NCBI GenBank assembly: GCA_024137785.1
Contig: JAHRHZ010000012.1
Span: forward strand, 64,009,344-64,073,343
DNA from: Ginglymostoma cirratum
Lineage: Eukaryota
Reading direction: 5' to 3'
DNA: 64,000 nucleotides
The first letter of the stretch is position 1. Every line of letters starts with the position of its first letter. The notes under the pieces are model-generated. The model searched no databases. It was given only the letters and a program-made list of their open reading frames with translations, and was not told the DNA's origin. Below, one piece after another: positions 61,293-64,000 of this stretch. Made by a program: the position numbers and the translations under genes.

Positions 61293-63927
61293 TAGTCCTT
61301 CTGATTGTGTGGGACCTACACCTTGTATCTTGATCTTTGCTAAATGTTCATATCTGTAGAAATTTTTACAAGCTGCTTTCTTTCCCCATTTGAAAGATGA
61401 ATATAAACTCTTAACCTCGATGAGACTTTGGTTTCTTAACTTAAATGTTTTATGCATGCATAGGAGACATACATAGTCAGATGTCATACTAAATTTTTAT
61501 TGTCAAAACCAGGTCTTCACTAGTCAAACAATTGACATAAATTCCTTAAATTTTCAATGAAAATTGTTACACACAGTATCTAAACATACAGAGACCATAT
61601 TACCCAATGTTCTCTCATTCATGTTTTGAGTCTCTTGCTTGAGCACCCTATTGTCCACTGAAGAATTCTGGCTGTAAATGCTGTCTTCACAAAGCTCCTC
61701 CTTCTGGGGACAGGGTTAGTGGTTAACAATATACATTCTGCTTGTCTGGTACCAGCAAACCTGAAAACATCTGAGTTTTTGGGTGTCTTCCAAGTTGTTC
61801 TGGTCTGGGTGCAATTCTAACTGTGGTAACTGCTACTAGGTACAACTATTGACATTCCTGTCTGCCACATTCTGATTACACAGCAGTTATTGGAAATGTC
61901 CCTTATCCTTTTCAAGGGAGGAGATGCACAAAAGCGTGCTGCTGATTTGCCTTTTACAAAATAACATCCCTGTGTAATTCTGCCCAGTGAGGCAAAACCC
62001 AGCTTTCCAGTCTACTGTTAAAGCAGAAATAAATGCTGGTGTCAGTAGTCTATTTGACTTGTTTTATACCATTTAGCTGCAAATTTTGAGGGACAGCAAG
62101 AATCTTGCTGCCCTGTTCTGATTTCATGTTTTCGTTTGAGTACCAAATTCTGATAGCATGTTAAAGATGGGCTGATCTTTTTGCTCTCCAACACCAGTAT
62201 AAGAATCTATATGACAATATGGTAGGCTTTTTGTCCCTTTTGAGTTGCAGGCTTGTGGTAATAAGTTCTGCACCTATAGATGGTGTCACAGGGCACTCTT
62301 TAGATTTTTTTTCACCAATTTGCAGGAAGACTGGTGAAATTGACTGGACACCAGTAAGTCATAATGTAGACTCTTTTCCCTTGTGCCTGTATTTTCTTCT
62401 CCTTTGCATCTGCCCTTTTAAGGACCATTTGGAACTCCGTTTTAATTGGACCCCAGCAACAGCCTATTTTTCTTTATTCCCTGTGTTCTTCAATATAAGT
62501 TGTGGTCTTTAGTTTTGGTGATTGTAACTTCAGCTCTGAACACTTGACAATTTGTCACATTGCTGTCACTTTTCTTAGTCTCTGGTGTCTGCCTATTTGC
62601 CAGTTTGTCTTTTTGTGGTTTTCCTCACATCTGCATGTTAGCCCATCTAATACATAAACCAAGATAATACTATAACATGAGGTCTGTTTTTCAACACTAG
62701 CTATTTACAGCATTGATTTCAGACTCTCGGTCTGGATTTTTTTGCTTACTGATTTTTTGGACATTACACAACTGACTCCTCCTACAGTAACTGAAAGCCA
62801 GGTCTCTCGAGTACAGGCCTGTGACCTGGAATTTAAGCCATAACTTTAACAAGGAGCCTAATTTGAGTCTTGAAACCAACGACTGAGTCTGTAGATGATT
62901 TCAGGCTGGTTCTGGGAAGAATGAATTCGGCCTTTTTCCTCTGAAGTCAGCTGTCTGGTTTTGAATATTTGACTACAGTGCTGACGGTGCAGTACAAGTA
63001 AATGCAGAATGGCAGTAGAAAGGGAAGTACCAAAGGCCTGGTCTTGCTATTTGTCACTCATGTGTTTTTGTTTTTTAATGTGCTTTGCCCATAGGCCCTG
63101 GGGAAAACACTTAATGAGAGAGGTCCGCTTGCAATTATAAACCTATCTTACCAACTGGCCAGTTAACAAAAGGTTCAAAACCTGAACCCTTTGGTGATTT
63201 AGGTTACATGACTGGTGTAGTTCCCCTTCTCAGATGGAATTTGTTGCCTGCACTGAGTCTAATGGCTTAAATAACATGGCTGGATATGTATGTTATGTCC
63301 TTTCCTTCCCTCCCCCAAATCCCACTTCTTACAAATTACAATGCTAGTAGAAATGTTATATAGATCTTCAGTCATCTGAAGCACTGCTTTTTGTCACCAT
63401 CTTATTGGTATTTTCAACTTTATTTTGACTTCAGCCTATTCCGTAGATTCTTTGTGCTATGAAAATAATTTTAAAACATACCTGACAAATTCTCTAACTT
63501 TCAGTGCAAGTGGGCCCTCCTGATGATCAATGTGCTTGGTATTAATGAAGTGGGTAGCTATTGATCAACTGTTTTGACATGTATAGAGTAGTCAACATCT
63601 GCTGCTCCCATTACCCTGGCCTTGAGGCTCATTAGTTCCAATATTCTGCACATATGCAAACTGCAGAAGATGAGTGCGTTCTTAAAAAGCTCCTTTTCAC
63701 ATACTCAGCTGATGTGTCCAAATCTGGTATCTACTTCTCAACTTGCCTTTTTTGTGGGGGGGAGGAAAAAGCCACTTTCAACTGAATATAATATCATAAG
63801 TCTATCATTATAAGAATGATAAATATAATTTGCTACTAAGCTACATCTAGCTGTATGAATCTCGGTGATCAACAGCTTAAACAACAAGCTAGCTTTTACA
63901 AAAACTACTTTAAAGGGATAGGTCACT

Positions 63928-64000
63928 TAGAGATAATAAGAACTGCTGATGCTGGAGTCAGAGGTGTGGAGCTGGAGGGGCACAGCAGACCAGGCAACGT
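63928..64000 (-). mobile_element. Terminal part of another family-A-like element, cut by the window end
   Basis: GAGATAATAAGAACTGCTGATGCTGGAGTC..GGTGTGGAGCTGGAGGGGCACAGCAG is the reverse complement of the arm plus tail seen at 4470-4546. Confidence 0.65.

Overview
Eukaryotic vertebrate genomic DNA, most likely a shark or ray (inferred from HE1-type SINEs and HER1/CR1 LINEs). One host gene can be reconstructed in full on the + strand: an annexin A1-like gene. It has a CCAAT/GT-box/TATA promoter at ~33.2-33.3 kb, a non-coding exon 1, 12 coding exons from 39182 to 59361 (337 aa, all GT-AG introns) and AATAAA at 59500. The rest is repeat-rich: decayed CR1/HER1 LINEs, a second CR1-group LINE family with its partner tRNA-SINE, HE1 SINEs, PIF/Harbinger transposase fossils, microsatellites and a 400-N gap. 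The most striking non-genic system is a young 5'-truncated Penelope-like retroelement (RT + GIY-YIG, 17779-19883, - strand) whose 3' end carries an intact minimal hammerhead-ribozyme core. About ten short non-coding relatives, mostly fold-back and several with 13-15 bp target-site duplications, carry the same terminal module, most with intact or decayed copies of the hammerhead core. Most short ORFs in the supplied track are TE debris or noise.
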